Under the pieces are notes generated by a model. It had not been told where the DNA came from and searched no databases. It saw nothing but the letters and a program-made list of their open reading frames with translations. A stretch of 64,000 nt of DNA, from the NCBI GenBank assembly GCA_012295275.1, contig CM022665.1:2604001-2668000 (forward strand), read 5' to 3'. Of the stretch, positions 1-27,399 are shown piece by piece. Every line of letters begins with the position of its first letter. Within the stretch, counting starts at the first letter, position 1. Both the position numbers and the translations under genes were made by a program. This stretch comes from Chrysomallon squamiferum. Its lineage: Eukaryota > Animalia > Mollusca.

Positions 1-210
1 CTTAGCATGTTGTTTCTGTATCTTCTTGTTGTCTTTCCATTGCCTTGCTGGCCTTCTTTCATAGTTTCCAAGTGATAATACATTTGTTACCTGCTGATGT
101 GCCCTCCTCAGTCCACTTGTCTTCTAACCAATTCAGTCACATCAATGACCTTTATTTTCTTTTACCCAGAAGTGAGTGCGGGGGTTTTGTTCTGATATGT
201 AACATTCTTT
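1..210 (-). mobile_element. Degenerate RTE-clade LINE fragment (3' end of RT ORF), in MEA1 intron
   Basis: Minus strand reads, across frameshifts, NVTYQNK...WVKEN-KVIDVTELVRR-KWT*GGHISR...KRRPARQWKD, resembling the RTE C-terminal pattern NITYxDRKTNxWVR..TKVxDI..KWxWAGHIxR..RxxGRPxxRWxD. Confidence 0.6.
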
Positions 211-565
211 CATCTTTGTAAGGATGCTATTTTGTTCTATGCTGGAATCATACTAGTTGCATGTCTCGTCAAGCAGTTTAAATATGCATCAGTATTGAAA
301 CTGCCTGATCACCCATTTGTTTATTTATTATTATTATTATTATTATTTTGTTTTTTGTTGTATATTTTACAGTTGTAATTCAGGGAATTTAAAAATAATT
401 TTCAAATTACTAAATTGAGTAGTTGATGGTACTGATTATCTGCAATGGATAATCTGCAATTCCTCTATCTTAGAGACATGTTACTTCAAGCGTTTGTGTT
501 TTTTATGATGTTATCTTTCTGTTTTGTGATTATGATGCACAATAAATTGTTTTTGTTTGTTTCAG

Positions 566-744
566 AAGTAGCAACTACAATAAAGGCTGCCATGGCTGGG
601 TTTCAGCTGCCACCATCAAACATTCCAAACTGGGCAAAGGAGATATCTGAAGATGAATGGAAAGAACAACTGGTGTCCAAAATCAGTTTAGATAGTTTGA
701 AAAGTGATCACAACAAAAATTCAAATGCAGATAATTTGACATAG
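566..744 (+). CDS. MEA1: Male-enhanced antigen 1 homolog, terminal coding exon (5' exons lie outside the window)
   Basis: Polypyrimidine tract + CAG acceptor ending at 565; VATTIKAAMAGFQLPPSNIPNWAKEISEDEWKEQL matches the MEA1 C-terminal motif (human [27 protein letters not shown]); TAG stop 742-744. The N-terminal part of ORF 445..744 is intron. Confidence 0.85.
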
Positions 745-791
745 ATGTAAAATTATCAACAGACACAGGACTATATTTTGATCTACATGTG

Positions 792-797
792 AATAAA
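792..797 (+). promoter_or_regulatory. Candidate polyadenylation signal for MEA1
   Basis: First AATAAA after the MEA1 stop codon; weak evidence in AT-rich DNA. Confidence 0.35.
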
Positions 798-1776
798 AAC
801 AAACAAAAAATGCCCAACAGCTATTTAATTTAAACCACTGAAAGTTGTTTTTTTGCAAGTGATTGGTGTAGATTACATATCTATGAAGAAATGAGACTAT
901 TATTTATTACATTTGTTATAGCTGAAGTTTTAAAATTTAACATTTTAAATTAAACTAAAATATTGTTACAATTTTCTGTAACTACAAAAAAAAATGTACA
1001 TATTGGTAACATAAAGCTGGACCTTAATTACATTAATCACTGTAATATTTATTTAATGTGAATACTACTCGTCATTATCTTTGTCAGTTGGTGCTGATGT
1101 AGATAAATACTTTGTGACTGTCAATTGTTTGTATGAATCTTGTTTTATTATTCTGAAGAAAAATTTTAAATATATATATAGAATTCATTTTGTGACTTGA
1201 ATCATATATTTTTAAAAATTACACTGCTTTTACATGAATTTTATAGAACATAAATGTGCACTGACAGTGAATGCTTTACAAACAGCTTTGTTCTCGTCAT
1301 TTTAGATTAGTAGTGCCAGACATGTTTTCACACACCCTTGAATCTGATATTTATCTAAATCTGCCAGCTATCCTTTCCATGACACAGAGTTTAAAAAAAA
1401 AAAAAAAAAAAAAAAATTCCAATGCCATTGAGCCAGATAGTAGAATTTGCACTGCTTCAGATTAATGTGCCGTCAAATCATAGCCATTTGAAAAAGTATC
1501 CTGTGTTATACAATAATTTGATTATATAACAGTATAAACTATCAGGTTGAAGACAACAATTGCAGATTATACTGGTTCATAGATTTGGGAATGAATTAAT
1601 ATTATGACTTAACCTTTGCCACATGCAATGGAAAGCAGATGGTTATGGTGACTCTAAATGATATAAAGTTGAACTCTGGCTTTTTTCTTCAGATGTTGGT
1701 TTGTTTTCAAGTCAAGTTAGTGATGGATGAATTTAAAATTTTTTTGGTGGAGGGCAGTGATAGCAATAAATGTTCT

Positions 1777-1985
1777 GAAGGAAGACTATATCTTTCATTT
1801 GTGGTTATACTGTGTCAGAGCTGTGGTTAAAGACCAATCACAAGAAACCTACTGCTAACGCTCAGCAGGCTACTCTTTCCAATTAGCAGCAGTTATCGTT
1901 TATATGCATAATGCATAGCATGGCCTTTGTTACAACACTTGTGAAGCACTGGCTAGAATGAAAAACAGCCCAATGGATCCACCCA
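1777..1985 (-). mobile_element. SINE copy, head truncated, same family as 7241-7530
   Basis: Shares ordered blocks with the 7241 copy: gaaggaag end, tactctttccaattagcagc vs tattcttcccaattagcagt, gcactggct vs gctctggct, caatggatccacc vs aaatgggtccacc. Confidence 0.7.
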
Positions 1986-4900
1986 CTATCTAAATTTCTA
2001 AAATCAGGTGAATGTAAAGGTTTCTGTAAAGCATGAAATCATCTTTTATTATTTTAGTTTATAAGATGTGGTGGGTGAACACATAATATTAATTTATTAA
2101 CAATGCATCTCTCTCCAATAAATAGGACTTGATTGTCAACATCCCTTAAAAAGATTCTGCAATTTATAACAAATATTAGCACATTTTTACCACACTGATC
2201 AGTTTTCAATTTCAATACTTTTACAATCATGTAGAATATATCCCTTGCATCAAAAATCATCTTTAGTTCAAAATGCTTATTTTATTTAACAGTGAACAAA
2301 ATTATTTTTTTTTCAACCATGCACAATTTTAATTTACAAATAACAAAAACAAGTGTATACATGTAATCATGCTCATACATAAATGAACTTAGTCATTTTA
2401 TTACTTATTTGTGAATGAACATTTGACCAAAACTGTAATTTTTAAAACAAAATTTCTTGTTATAATTTTTCTTTAAACTCCTGATAAAATCTGTGCTCAG
2501 TAGATTATACAACTCACTTTGATCTGAAGATAAAAGTATTTTTTTGACCTCATCATAAATAGTCCAACATAAATGGACATCACACATCACCAGAAGAAAA
2601 CAAGTACAGTAATATAGTTAACATTATCAATATAAAAGGACATGACTTTTCATCAGTACAATCTTGAACAAGCATTCATTCATCAAATCACTAACATTAT
2701 CATTATAATGGTTTCCTCGTTATGAAATTTTTATACAACAAAAATAAGGATATATTATTTCTTCCTCTATTACTGTGGTTATATGTGATGTATTAATGTT
2801 CTTTCATGTGTTTAATGGAAAAGATCACAACAGTCAGTGTACATCAAAATGTTAAAATTAATTCTGATTGTTCACAATAAAATTTCAAAAAAAAAGAAGA
2901 AAAAAAAGAGAAAATAAGCTTGTCTTTCTTTAACCAAAATAATGTTCTGTACAACTTGTAATTATTGTATTAATAATACAAGAACAAATTATTACTGAAA
3001 AACATCAGCATATTTAAACAGTTTTAGGAATATTCCAGAAACTGTCAACAGATAAAGAAAACAATAAGAAATGAATTCAAATTTATTTGGTGTGGTTTAT
3101 TATATATGAATAATTTATCTTATTGACTGCATTGAATAGTTGTCTTATTAAGATCAGTATAAAATGCTAATAGTTTGTAGCAAATGCATGCAGTGATATA
3201 AATCTAAATACATCATTATGTAATAATCAGATTTAATTAAATATGACCAAAGATTCATTAATCTGCATTTAATTAATATATTTTTAAATTATTTTACATT
3301 ACAAACTAAAAATATTCTTAAGTATTAAAAGAAATTCTGCAATTATTACACTAAGTATTTACCTTTACACTGGAAGACTGTGGAGATTATAATTGTTTAA
3401 ATGTTACTAAAAATATAAAAAGTATTTTGTATGCATCAACAACCATTTCTTAGAAACAAAAAGATCACAGCTGCTGCTCAAATGAAAATGTGTACAGAAA
3501 CACAAGAAAAAAAAACAAATCAGTGATTACTGTAAATGAAGGAATGCAATAAATCTGCACAGAAAAAGATAATATACTCCATTTAACAATAAGCTCAAGT
3601 TACTTTATATTTATTTTATTTACTCAAATGTTAAAGATTTTCAAGGTCAGTATCTACAATTTTATCTTTTTAGGGCTTTAGTGCCTGCAACTGATAACGA
3701 AAAGCTGACATCCAAAGAAAGATGTTTTATATTAAAATTATCAATGTTAAGCTGTAATACCAAAAAATACCAAATAAATCATTACGAAGATGAAAACATT
3801 TAATATTGTAAATTATCATAATAAAAAAAATTGCCAAGATTTTCCAAACCCAAACTGTCCGATTTTCTTTTTCCATTTATATATCTGCTTCTGAATGCAT
3901 ATTTATCAGAGTCTATGTGAGGTAGAGTTGTCTGATAAGGATACTCTTTAATCTACTTTCAATCAGAGGAGAAAGATGTTACTTTTCATGACCAGTTCTG
4001 GAAAGTGGCTTATTTAACATCTGGTAAACACACAACTTAATCAGTAAACTAAAATTTATATTTTTACTTAATCACTTGAGCAATCATTTTTCTTTCAAGG
4101 AAGAAAGAAAATGTAGTTTTTCCAGTGCAGAATTATTAATTATTTTAATACACTTGTTTTCCCCTGCTGTTGTTTTTATACCCAGTATTAATTCCCACTA
4201 AACTGTAGGTACCACAACATTTTATTTAGGCCTCAGCCTAAATGATAGCAATGTAAATATTACATATTTCACCATAAAATGAGAACCATACTTGTGTATT
4301 GCTACATTACATTAAAACATGCTAAATTCTTAAAAATATAAATTGAACATAATAAATAAAAGTAAAAATAAACAAATACAAGTAAAAATTATGATGAAGT
4401 AAAAAATAAAATGTAATTCATTCTATAATATTATCTCCACTGATTCCATAAATTACTATTTTCTCTCATGGCTCACTCCCAACAACACAGGATTAATTCT
4501 TATAAGCAAACATATTTTTAATAACAAATCAAACTGCACAATATTTCATTTCCATGTATGAAGATGCTATCATATTATTCTTACAGATTTGTCATTAATG
4601 TTACAAAAAGGTTTCAGCTGTTGAACACAGCAATTAGCCATGGTACAGCACACAACAGTAACTTACATTACACCTTGGTTGTAACATCTGACAAAACACT
4701 ATATATAATTTTTTTTTTCTTTTTTTTTTTCTTAATTCCTTTTTCCTGATGTGGGTACAAAAAACATATGTGCACACAAATGGTTTGGTAATTTTTTCTC
4801 TTTTATCACATCATCCAAAGTAGTTTTATTTAATTTAAATTTACAATAGCTCATTGCTGCAGCATTGAGTAGAAAACATGAGCATGAAAGTCAAAGGTAA

Positions 4901-4995
4901 TATGCCAATGATAGAAGTCACAGTCACCCAAGTCTTATTCATCCATGCTATGCCAGTGATAGAGGCACAACAATCAATTGTTTCATTACAGGTTG

Positions 4996-19217
<14,222 letters not shown>

Positions 19218-21480
19218 GTCGAGTGGCGACCTGTACTACAAGGAAGGTTAACCACTATTTCTACCACTTTACAATATCCATGTACATATCCTAAATGGCT
19301 TAACACAAAACAAGGAATTTGATTGGTCAGTTCTGCTCACATGGCTTTTGGTAAACATAAGTCTAAATGAATATAGATACATAATTGTATGACACAGGCG
19401 AATGAACTGAATTGCTAATAACTCACGGCGCACGCACATGCACATATTATACAATCTTTTAAAAAAGAAAAAGAAAAAGAAAAAAGAAAATGGAATTATA
19501 TTTTTAAAATATTTTCTGAAAATGAACGACAGCCCTAAAAGGCCTTAACAAAGATTTTATAATTAGAATAAACTGAAATTGATATTTCAAAACACATGAG
19601 CAGTTATACTTTCTTTAAATTAAAAGGACAATGAAAACACGAATAATCGTACTAGAATTCAAAACTCTATTAATTACTTTATGAGATACACCACTTCACA
19701 GCGTCCTGAGAATTCTTTTCAAAATACAATTTTTACCATTTTGCAAAGTTTATAACTTTTTATTTATTACGGAAAAAAAAAAAAATGAAATACAAAACAT
19801 GTTAAAGATTTTATTTTATTACTATGCTGTAATAAAGGGCATCTAGGGGCAGATCCAGGGGGTAGATCCAGTCTTGGTAAGTCTCGTTATATATATATCT
19901 TCTTTTTAAAGAAATTAATTTTGTGCAATCCGGGACACGTTTCTTAAGCCTTCAGATTTTATTTTTTACAAATAGCAATATACAACAACTGCGGATTTGT
20001 CAGCCACAGATGTATGTTCATAAGCACCAGTGAAGTGAGACGCTCCTTGCTTATTTTTGATCGAAGTGAAGATTATGTATGCAGAAAATTTCCTCTTGTA
20101 TCTGGAATGATGTGTGCAGTCTGTAAAAGTGCGATCAAGTTCGGGAAGAGATCATTGCTACGCAAGTTTAGCGCTTGTAATAGCGAATTGCGTGGAGCCT
20201 GCTTATTCATAAATTTGGCCCGCCATACTTCTAATTTTGTGCGGAGGCTCTTAAACCGGGGCAAATCATCTCTGTACATGCCTGGGTCGTCTACAAGCTT
20301 TGGAAGTTCTGATGCATCCTTCGTTATTATTACTGCAGTGATGTGAGTGAACAATGAAGATATTTGCTTGCGGAAGGGGCAGAAGCGACCCATATTTTGG
20401 GGTCCTGAAGCTTGAAATGTTATGGGTGGTGGACCCTTGCGGGCAACAGCGAGTTTTGGGTAACCACTATTAACTTCTTTATTGTGCTTACTCCTGGACT
20501 AGGGGCCCTGAAGCTTTAGCTAAAACAGATAGGCTTCTGGAATGGGGAAAACTTCTTGCACCAGTGAACTGAAGTCATTAACGAAAGAAATTCAAAGAGA
20601 CCGTTTGAAGTATTCCACAAGGCCGGGTGCTGGCATTGTAATTATTTCTACCTTCCCTTCGCACGGGTCGCACGCTGATTGGTTTCAAGTTCTTTCGCTG
20701 GTTCCATCATGATGACCACGTAATGGCGAACACTAGCGACCGAGCTAAATAATGCAGTAAACAATACTGACCAGGCCTGCTTTGCTCTCATCTTGCTGGA
20801 TCCAGCTGAAGTCAATTCTCACCTCTGGTTTATTGTGGCTTCTTAATAAAGCGTCTAAAGCTACAACGGATGATTTGTGGAAAACGGTTTGTTCACAAGT
20901 AGTACTTTTCTTAATGCAACGAAAGGACTTTCAATCAATGTACCAAACAAAGACGCGATCTACCACCATAATAATGCACAAAAAGAACATAAAGCAAACA
21001 GCATCCACTTTTCTTTGGCTGGGAATCCATCTATCCGATACCGAAATGACACCAGTACGAAACAGTCTGTATCGGACACGAAACACAAATGAATGAATCC
21101 ATTAAAACGAAACGACTCGGCGGTACCGCAGTCTTTCTGCAGTGGCAACTAGTCTGACTAACCAAACTAAAGATGCAAGAGAAAATTGTCATTCACTGGT
21201 TTCGCACATTATTATTATTTTTTATTATTATTATTTTTTTTTTTCCCTACTACCTTTGCCCAGATATTGTGAGTATCCTTGTTCACTGGTGCAAACGCAT
21301 CGCAGAGCAAAGACTACTTTCGAGATTCTTTCTGAAACTGCTGTCTTGTTCGAATGTACAAAAAATAATAATAATAATAAAAACAAATAATAAATAAATA
21401 AATAAATAAATAAAATAATAATATAACAATAATAATAATAATAATAACAATAATAATAAAAAAATAATAAATAAATAAAT

Positions 21481-22095
21481 GCCACACAGAAAAAACGTTG
21501 AAATTTTGTCGTATAATTTTATTTTTAAAACATTTCCCATTTTAATATCAGAATTAATATTAACATTTTATGTTCTTATTTATTATTATTATTATTATTA
21601 TTATATTACAATGTAATTGTGAATATTTTGTATTATATTGAAGAGAATTCTCCTAAATCTGTCACTGATGATCTTTTATATGCATTAAAGCTGTAATAAA
21701 AAATCTGTGGGAAAATATTTATTTTTAATTTATTATTATTAATTAATTTGTTTTATTTTATTTTATTTATTTTTATTCGTTTTTTTTTTTTTTTTTTTTT
21801 TAAATTATTAATACAAGGGTAATAAAGCAATCCCATTGTACAATATTAAATTTATGTAAAATTCAATCATAAATGTTTATGAATTCTTTTTTTATTACAG
21901 TTGTTGTTTATCATTATTAAGTCTTTTAAGTTCAGTTTCTACTTGTTTTTATCGTGTAAATTTGTTTGCCCATTAATAACAATGAATGCTATGAAAATAA
22001 AAATTTTAGTCTGTGTTCATGTATTTTTATTTATTCTTATTAAGCTACTGAATTTTAAAGGATTTTTTTATTTTATTTATTTATTTTTTTTTTTG

Positions 22096-22171
<76 letters not shown>

Positions 22172-22387
22172 AAGAGTTATAATAAATAATAAATATTAAT
22201 AATAAAAACTAAAATGTAAAAAATGTATAGGTACAGTATTTTGTTGTTTTTCCAGACGTGTCATTTCGGTATTGGGTAAATGGATTCCCAGCCCTAGACT
22301 CAGAAAATACCAGCCATTTGAATTAATCTAACCATGAATAGTTTAATTTTAAGTTTTTTGCTTAAATATTCTTAATAATAATAATAA

Positions 22388-22418
<31 letters not shown>

Positions 22419-23940
22419 AAATAAGTAAATAAATAAATGCCACTCAGAAAAAAAACGTGAACATTTTGTTGTATAATTTTATTTTTAAATCAGTTGTTAT
22501 TTTGTATTAGGATTAATATTAGCATTTTATGTTATTATTGCTTGTTATTATTATTATATTACAATATAATTTTGAATACTTTGTATTATATTGAAGACAA
22601 TTCTCCCAAATATGTCACTAAATTCTGTGGAAAAATATTTATTTTTAATTTATTATTATTAATTATTAATTTTTTTTTAATCTTTTTTTTTATTTATAAT
22701 AAACTTTTATGAATTCTTTCTTATTAGTTTTTGTTTTATCATTATGAAGTCTTAAAGTTCAGTTTCTAGTTGTTTTTGACATGTAAATTTGTTTGCTCAT
22801 TTATAAAATGAATGCTATGAAAATTAAAAATTTAGTCTATGTTCATGTATTTTTATTTATTTTTATTAAGTTTCTGAATTTTATAGGATTTTTAATTTTT
22901 TATTTTAATTTATTTATTTTTTATTTTTTTATTTTTTTTTTTTTTCTCACCCAAGAGTTATAATAAATACTAAATATTAATAATAAATACTATGATAAAT
23001 AAAAATGTATAGGTACAGTATTTTGTTGTATTTCCAGACGTGTCATTTCCTTATCGGGTAAATGGATTCCTAGCCCTAGACTTGGAACGTACCAGCCACT
23101 TGAATTAATCTAACCATGAATAGTTTAATTTTAAGTTCCTCTGCTTATATGTTCTTATAATAAATAAATAATAAAATAAATAAATAAATGCCACACAGAA
23201 AAAAAACGTGAACATATTGTTGTATAATTTTATTTTTAAAACAGTTCGGATTTTAATATTAGAATTAATATTAACATTTTATGTTATTATTATTACATTA
23301 CAATATAGTTTTAAATACTTTGTATTATATTGAAGACAATTCTCCCAAATATGTCACTGATGATTTTTTTTTACATGTATTAAAGCTCTAATAAACATTA
23401 TGTGGAAAAATATTTATTTTTAATTTAACATTATATTTATGCAAGTGTAATAAAGCAATCCTATTGTACAATATTGAATTTATATAAAATGTAATCATAA
23501 ACTTTTATGAACTCTTTTTTATTACAGTTTTTGTTTTATCATTAAGTCTTTTTGAGTTCATTTTCTAGTTGTTTTTATCGTATAAATTTGTTTGTACATA
23601 TATAATGTATGCTATGAAAATTAAAAATTTAGTCTATGTTCATGTATCTGTATTTATTTTATATTGAATCTTATAGGATTTTAAATTTTTAAAATTTTTT
23701 ATATATATATATTTTTTTTATTTTTTTCTCATCCAAGAGTTATAATAAATAATAAATATTAATAATAAAAACTAAAATTTAAAAAAATGTATAGGTACAG
23801 TATTTTGTTGTTTTTCCAGACGTGTCATTTCGGTATTGGGTAAATGGATTCCTAGCCCAAGACTCAGAAAATACCAGCCATTTGAATTAATCTAACCATA
23901 AATAGTTTAATTTTAAGTTCCTTCGTTTATATGTTCTTAT
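21481..23940. repeat. Three tandem copies of a ~750-950 bp AT-rich unit containing a transposase-derived core
   Basis: Anchor ccagacgtgtcatttc at 22252, 23034 and 23816 (782-bp spacing twice); anchor gccac(a/t)cagaaaaaa at 21481, 22439 and 23190. Confidence 0.9.
22101..22169. repeat. (CT)n microsatellite
   Basis: Perfect CT run of about 34 units, expanded in only the first tandem unit. Confidence 0.95.
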
Positions 23941-24445
23941 TACAAAGTTAAATTTCCCATTTGGTTTAGCAACTGTAATTTGTCATTCTCGCTAATGTCT
24001 GATTTTTTGAATAAACCAACATCCCCGATGTTTACTGATTCCGTTTCTCCACCAGCAATAGCTTCATCGACCCGTAAAGGTAACCTATTAGTTTGGTAAT
24101 CAAGTACCTGTGGACAGTCTTCTGAGGCATTGGCGGAAATGACTTTGTCGGGTTGAATTTTTGGACTGGATGTCTCAGTATTCACCAGTTGCTCTTCGTC
24201 AGTTTTGGCCTTCTTCGTAAACCAGTTTAATAGCGTAGTTTGCTTTCGCTTCTTGTTCATCTTGATCTAGAATAAAGAAAATCTAGATTAATATTAGTTA
24301 GCATGTTAGCATGGTCGAAATATTTCCATTTGTCTCCGACCATGTCCTTGCTTTTTTCGCGCCATTCAAAGTTTTTTGCTGGTGACGCGACATGCTATAT
24401 GATTTTAATAGCATTGAAATATATTGTAATAAACATGTCAAATTG

Positions 24446-24493
<48 letters not shown>

Positions 24494-26758
24494 CTTTCAT
24501 TTATATTATCGTTGTTATTATTGTAGTTCCTACAGAGCAACTACGAGGGGGAGAATGAAGATGGTGGTGGTAAACACGTTACAAAAAATTTGAACGTAAC
24601 GGTCAAATGCTACGAAAGCTTTATTATCAGTTTAAATTTAGTATTTTAGTTGAAACATTTTATATTTATTTATTCATCTATTTTCTGTAAACTATATTTT
24701 CCATTATTTTTCTTTTAAAAAATATTATGCTTTCTACTCGATTTAAAAAAACGAAACAAACAAAAAAAACATTGTTTATTTTTTTAAATTTAATCTTTCG
24801 TTCGTTCTTTCATGCTATTTGTTTCTTTCGAAATTTATTTTTCCTTGTTTTCTTTTTATTCTTACCTTAGCTCTTTCGATCTTTTCCTCCTCCATTATTT
24901 CTATCTTTCGTATTTAATCCTTTTCTCTCTTATTATTCACATATAATCATGTTTCTCGATTCAAACCGATAATGTCGCGAGCTCGTTGCGTCACTAAATA
25001 AAACTTCAAACGGCGCGAAAAAACAGACACGTAATCAAAATCAAGTAAAAACAAAGTGCCAACTTCAGAATTTTAACAGTGAAACATATAGGTCTTGAGA
25101 TTTTATTGGCATCATTTGTTTTTTTAAGTTTTCTTTTAAACCGATGGTCTATGAATTATTTCTTTCATGACATTTCAAATTATGATAATAAAATAAAAAA
25201 GAAAATAAAAAAAGAAAATAAAAAAAAAGAAAGAAAGAAAGAAAAAGAAAAAAATTATGTATTGCATTACATTTATTTTTTGTCCAGTACTGTTACTTTT
25301 ATTTAGTGGAATATGTCGTTTTTCAATGTTATAACAATAGCCATTTTTACATTTGCTGTAAATGCCAGATGTTTTGTTTTAGTTAATTTCATGTATTTCA
25401 ATCGGTAGTTTCTACTGTAAGAGCCGTTTTGGAATGTTTTAACAGTTGGGTGCTGTAGTATTAAAGAGAATAATTACGATTTTATTCATATCAGTCATTT
25501 ATCTGAATTCTCTTTCAGTATGTGATGACTGGTGTACATTTTGGTGAAAACAATGGAGGTTGACCAGAGATGTGACGAAACAATGCGAAGCTCAAAAATA
25601 ATTCATTAATGGACAGTTAGACCATTACATTACCAACGTAACATCATGCACACAGACGGACAGAACATTTCTCGGTCGCGTTTAGAAACCGATGGACTTT
25701 ACTAAATAAAATGTTAGTTGAAAATCCATGTGTTACTGAAATATACGTTTCACTGAAGTATTTGATCTAACTGGCTTGCATTTTATTTTGAAATTCTGAC
25801 AAGCACACGACCTTGACCTTGTTCATGGAAGTTATTTTCAAATATTTCTGAAATAGCTACTCAAAACAGTAAAGTTTATTGTAAATATTCAAAATATTTA
25901 TATTATTATTATTTTATTTATTTATTGATAATTCTCTATAAACCACTAAACCATAAAGTCAAAGCACAAAAATATGATGCTAGGTAAAGAATTGTTTTGA
26001 CTCAATGTTGGTGCGAAAGTGCGTGTAATCGTAAAAAATAAATAAATATTTATACGGTTCGAAAGAGACCTTCTTCTTTCTTCTTTTAAGTTGCTCTGAC
26101 CGACAACTTGTGAGTTCTTAAATATTAAACTTCGGTCTTGTTTTCAACAACACTTTTTTTTTTTTTTTAGATTCTTAACCTGAACGATGTAATCAAATTT
26201 TCACCAGTCATAACCTGTCGTTCCTCTATTTGGTGATATTTATTCCATTTTTATACACAAGACAAACGAAGGAACCCCACCCCCACTTTTGAGTAACCGA
26301 ACCAAGATGAAGTATGCTGGTAATTTTACCTGACGACACAATTGTCTTTTATGCAACAAACAACTGACAAAATGAGAAACAGCAAAATTACTTTTGATGT
26401 TGTGGAATAAAATTATAGGCAAAAATGACTGGAATTGGAAATTTTTGGTAATTTCCATTGGGGTTTGATATAATCTACACAACATTGTAAAGTCTTTACT
26501 TTTAGTTAATAGATTCACTTTATGTTAATCTATAATTAGGCTGAATGTTACAACCATTTTTCTAATTTAAACTTCAGTTAGGATATTCATTTTATTGATA
26601 ATGTTGGACTTCTGAAACCATACTATCACTGATCCTTTGACTGTACCTTTACAAGGTCTGGCCTTGTGGTTCAGACTTCATTTTTTTACTTTCAGCATGT
26701 ATTATAGCAAACCAAGAATTAATTATCATTTCAATTAAAGATTTTTACTTATTATACA

Positions 26759-27399
26759 CAGGGTTCATGCACCTTTGGCTATGAAAATTTCCATAACTTT
26801 TCCAAAACTTTCCATAGCCCAGTTTTATTCTTGGAGTGAACATGACTATGATGATATATAAGGCAGATTGCCAGAAATATGAATACAAAAGTATTGCTTC
26901 ACAAAAAAATTGTGTTCTTTTCTTCTTACTCAATTAATGACGCATACATTTAAAATGCCCCAAATCCTACTCCTTTTGAGTTTGTGGTCTGAATTATCAA
27001 TTGGACTTCTTTCTCAGCTTTATTATTTCACAATTTATGATCTCAATTTCAATGTTTTTTTTGCTATCACAGTCTTCCTGAACAATTAGATTTAGTCAAA
27101 TCATTTTTGATGGCTAGGCTTGAAAGGCACCTCACTTGTGATGGCAGCTTGAGTTCATCTTTTGGGATCAGGCTAAAATGGAACCATTTTCTTTGGCTTG
27201 GCTAAAACAGGGCATTGTGTCAGGGCTAAATATCGGTGAAATGAAACCAGTTTTTCATACGTTTTATTTATGGTAAGGACATAATTTTCCATATTGTTTC
27301 CATAGCCAAGGTAATAAAACCTTATTTTTCAAAACCGTTAAGGTCCTGGAAAACACCATGATGAATTTCCAAAACTTTCCAGAATGTGTACAAACCCTA
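26759..27399. mobile_element. Non-autonomous DNA element, ~640 bp, with short imperfect terminal inverted repeats
   Basis: Left end CAGGGTTCATGCAC, right end GTGTACAAACCCTA (reverse complement TAGGGTTTGTACAC); subterminal direct repeat tttccaaaactttcca near both ends (~26800 and ~27366). Confidence 0.65.

Larger units (their letters stand above)
19844..24270 (-). mobile_element. Degenerate, rearranged hAT-superfamily DNA transposon (THAP12/PRKRIR- or ZMYM1-like transposase)
   Basis: N-terminus MNKKRKQTTLLNWFTKKAK (23940-24260); TTF-zinc-finger-like RNLKLNYLWLD*FKWLVFS directly after it in a shifted frame; RNNYNAS..VEYFKRSL*ISFVNDF (~20570-20650); LEVWRAKF..LLQAL..DLFPNLIALLQ and, past an in-frame stop, LRSKISKERLTSLVLMNIH (hAT C-terminal dimerization motif, ~20010-20230); terminus-like aggggcagatccagg at ~19845. 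No matching opposite TIR found. Confidence 0.85.

Noticed and set aside
21481-23940. Regularly spaced repeats as a possible CRISPR-like array
   Set aside because: Whole ~780-bp units are duplicated, there are no unique spacers or cas genes, and the context is eukaryotic.
23940-24260. 106-aa ORF as a domesticated transposase gene
   Set aside because: Followed at once by a frameshift and an in-frame stop in the TTF motif; the rest of the transposase is scrambled.
25515-25600. Box C-like TGATGA motifs here and near 30820 and 52495 as C/D snoRNAs
   Set aside because: No box D at suitable distance with a terminal stem.
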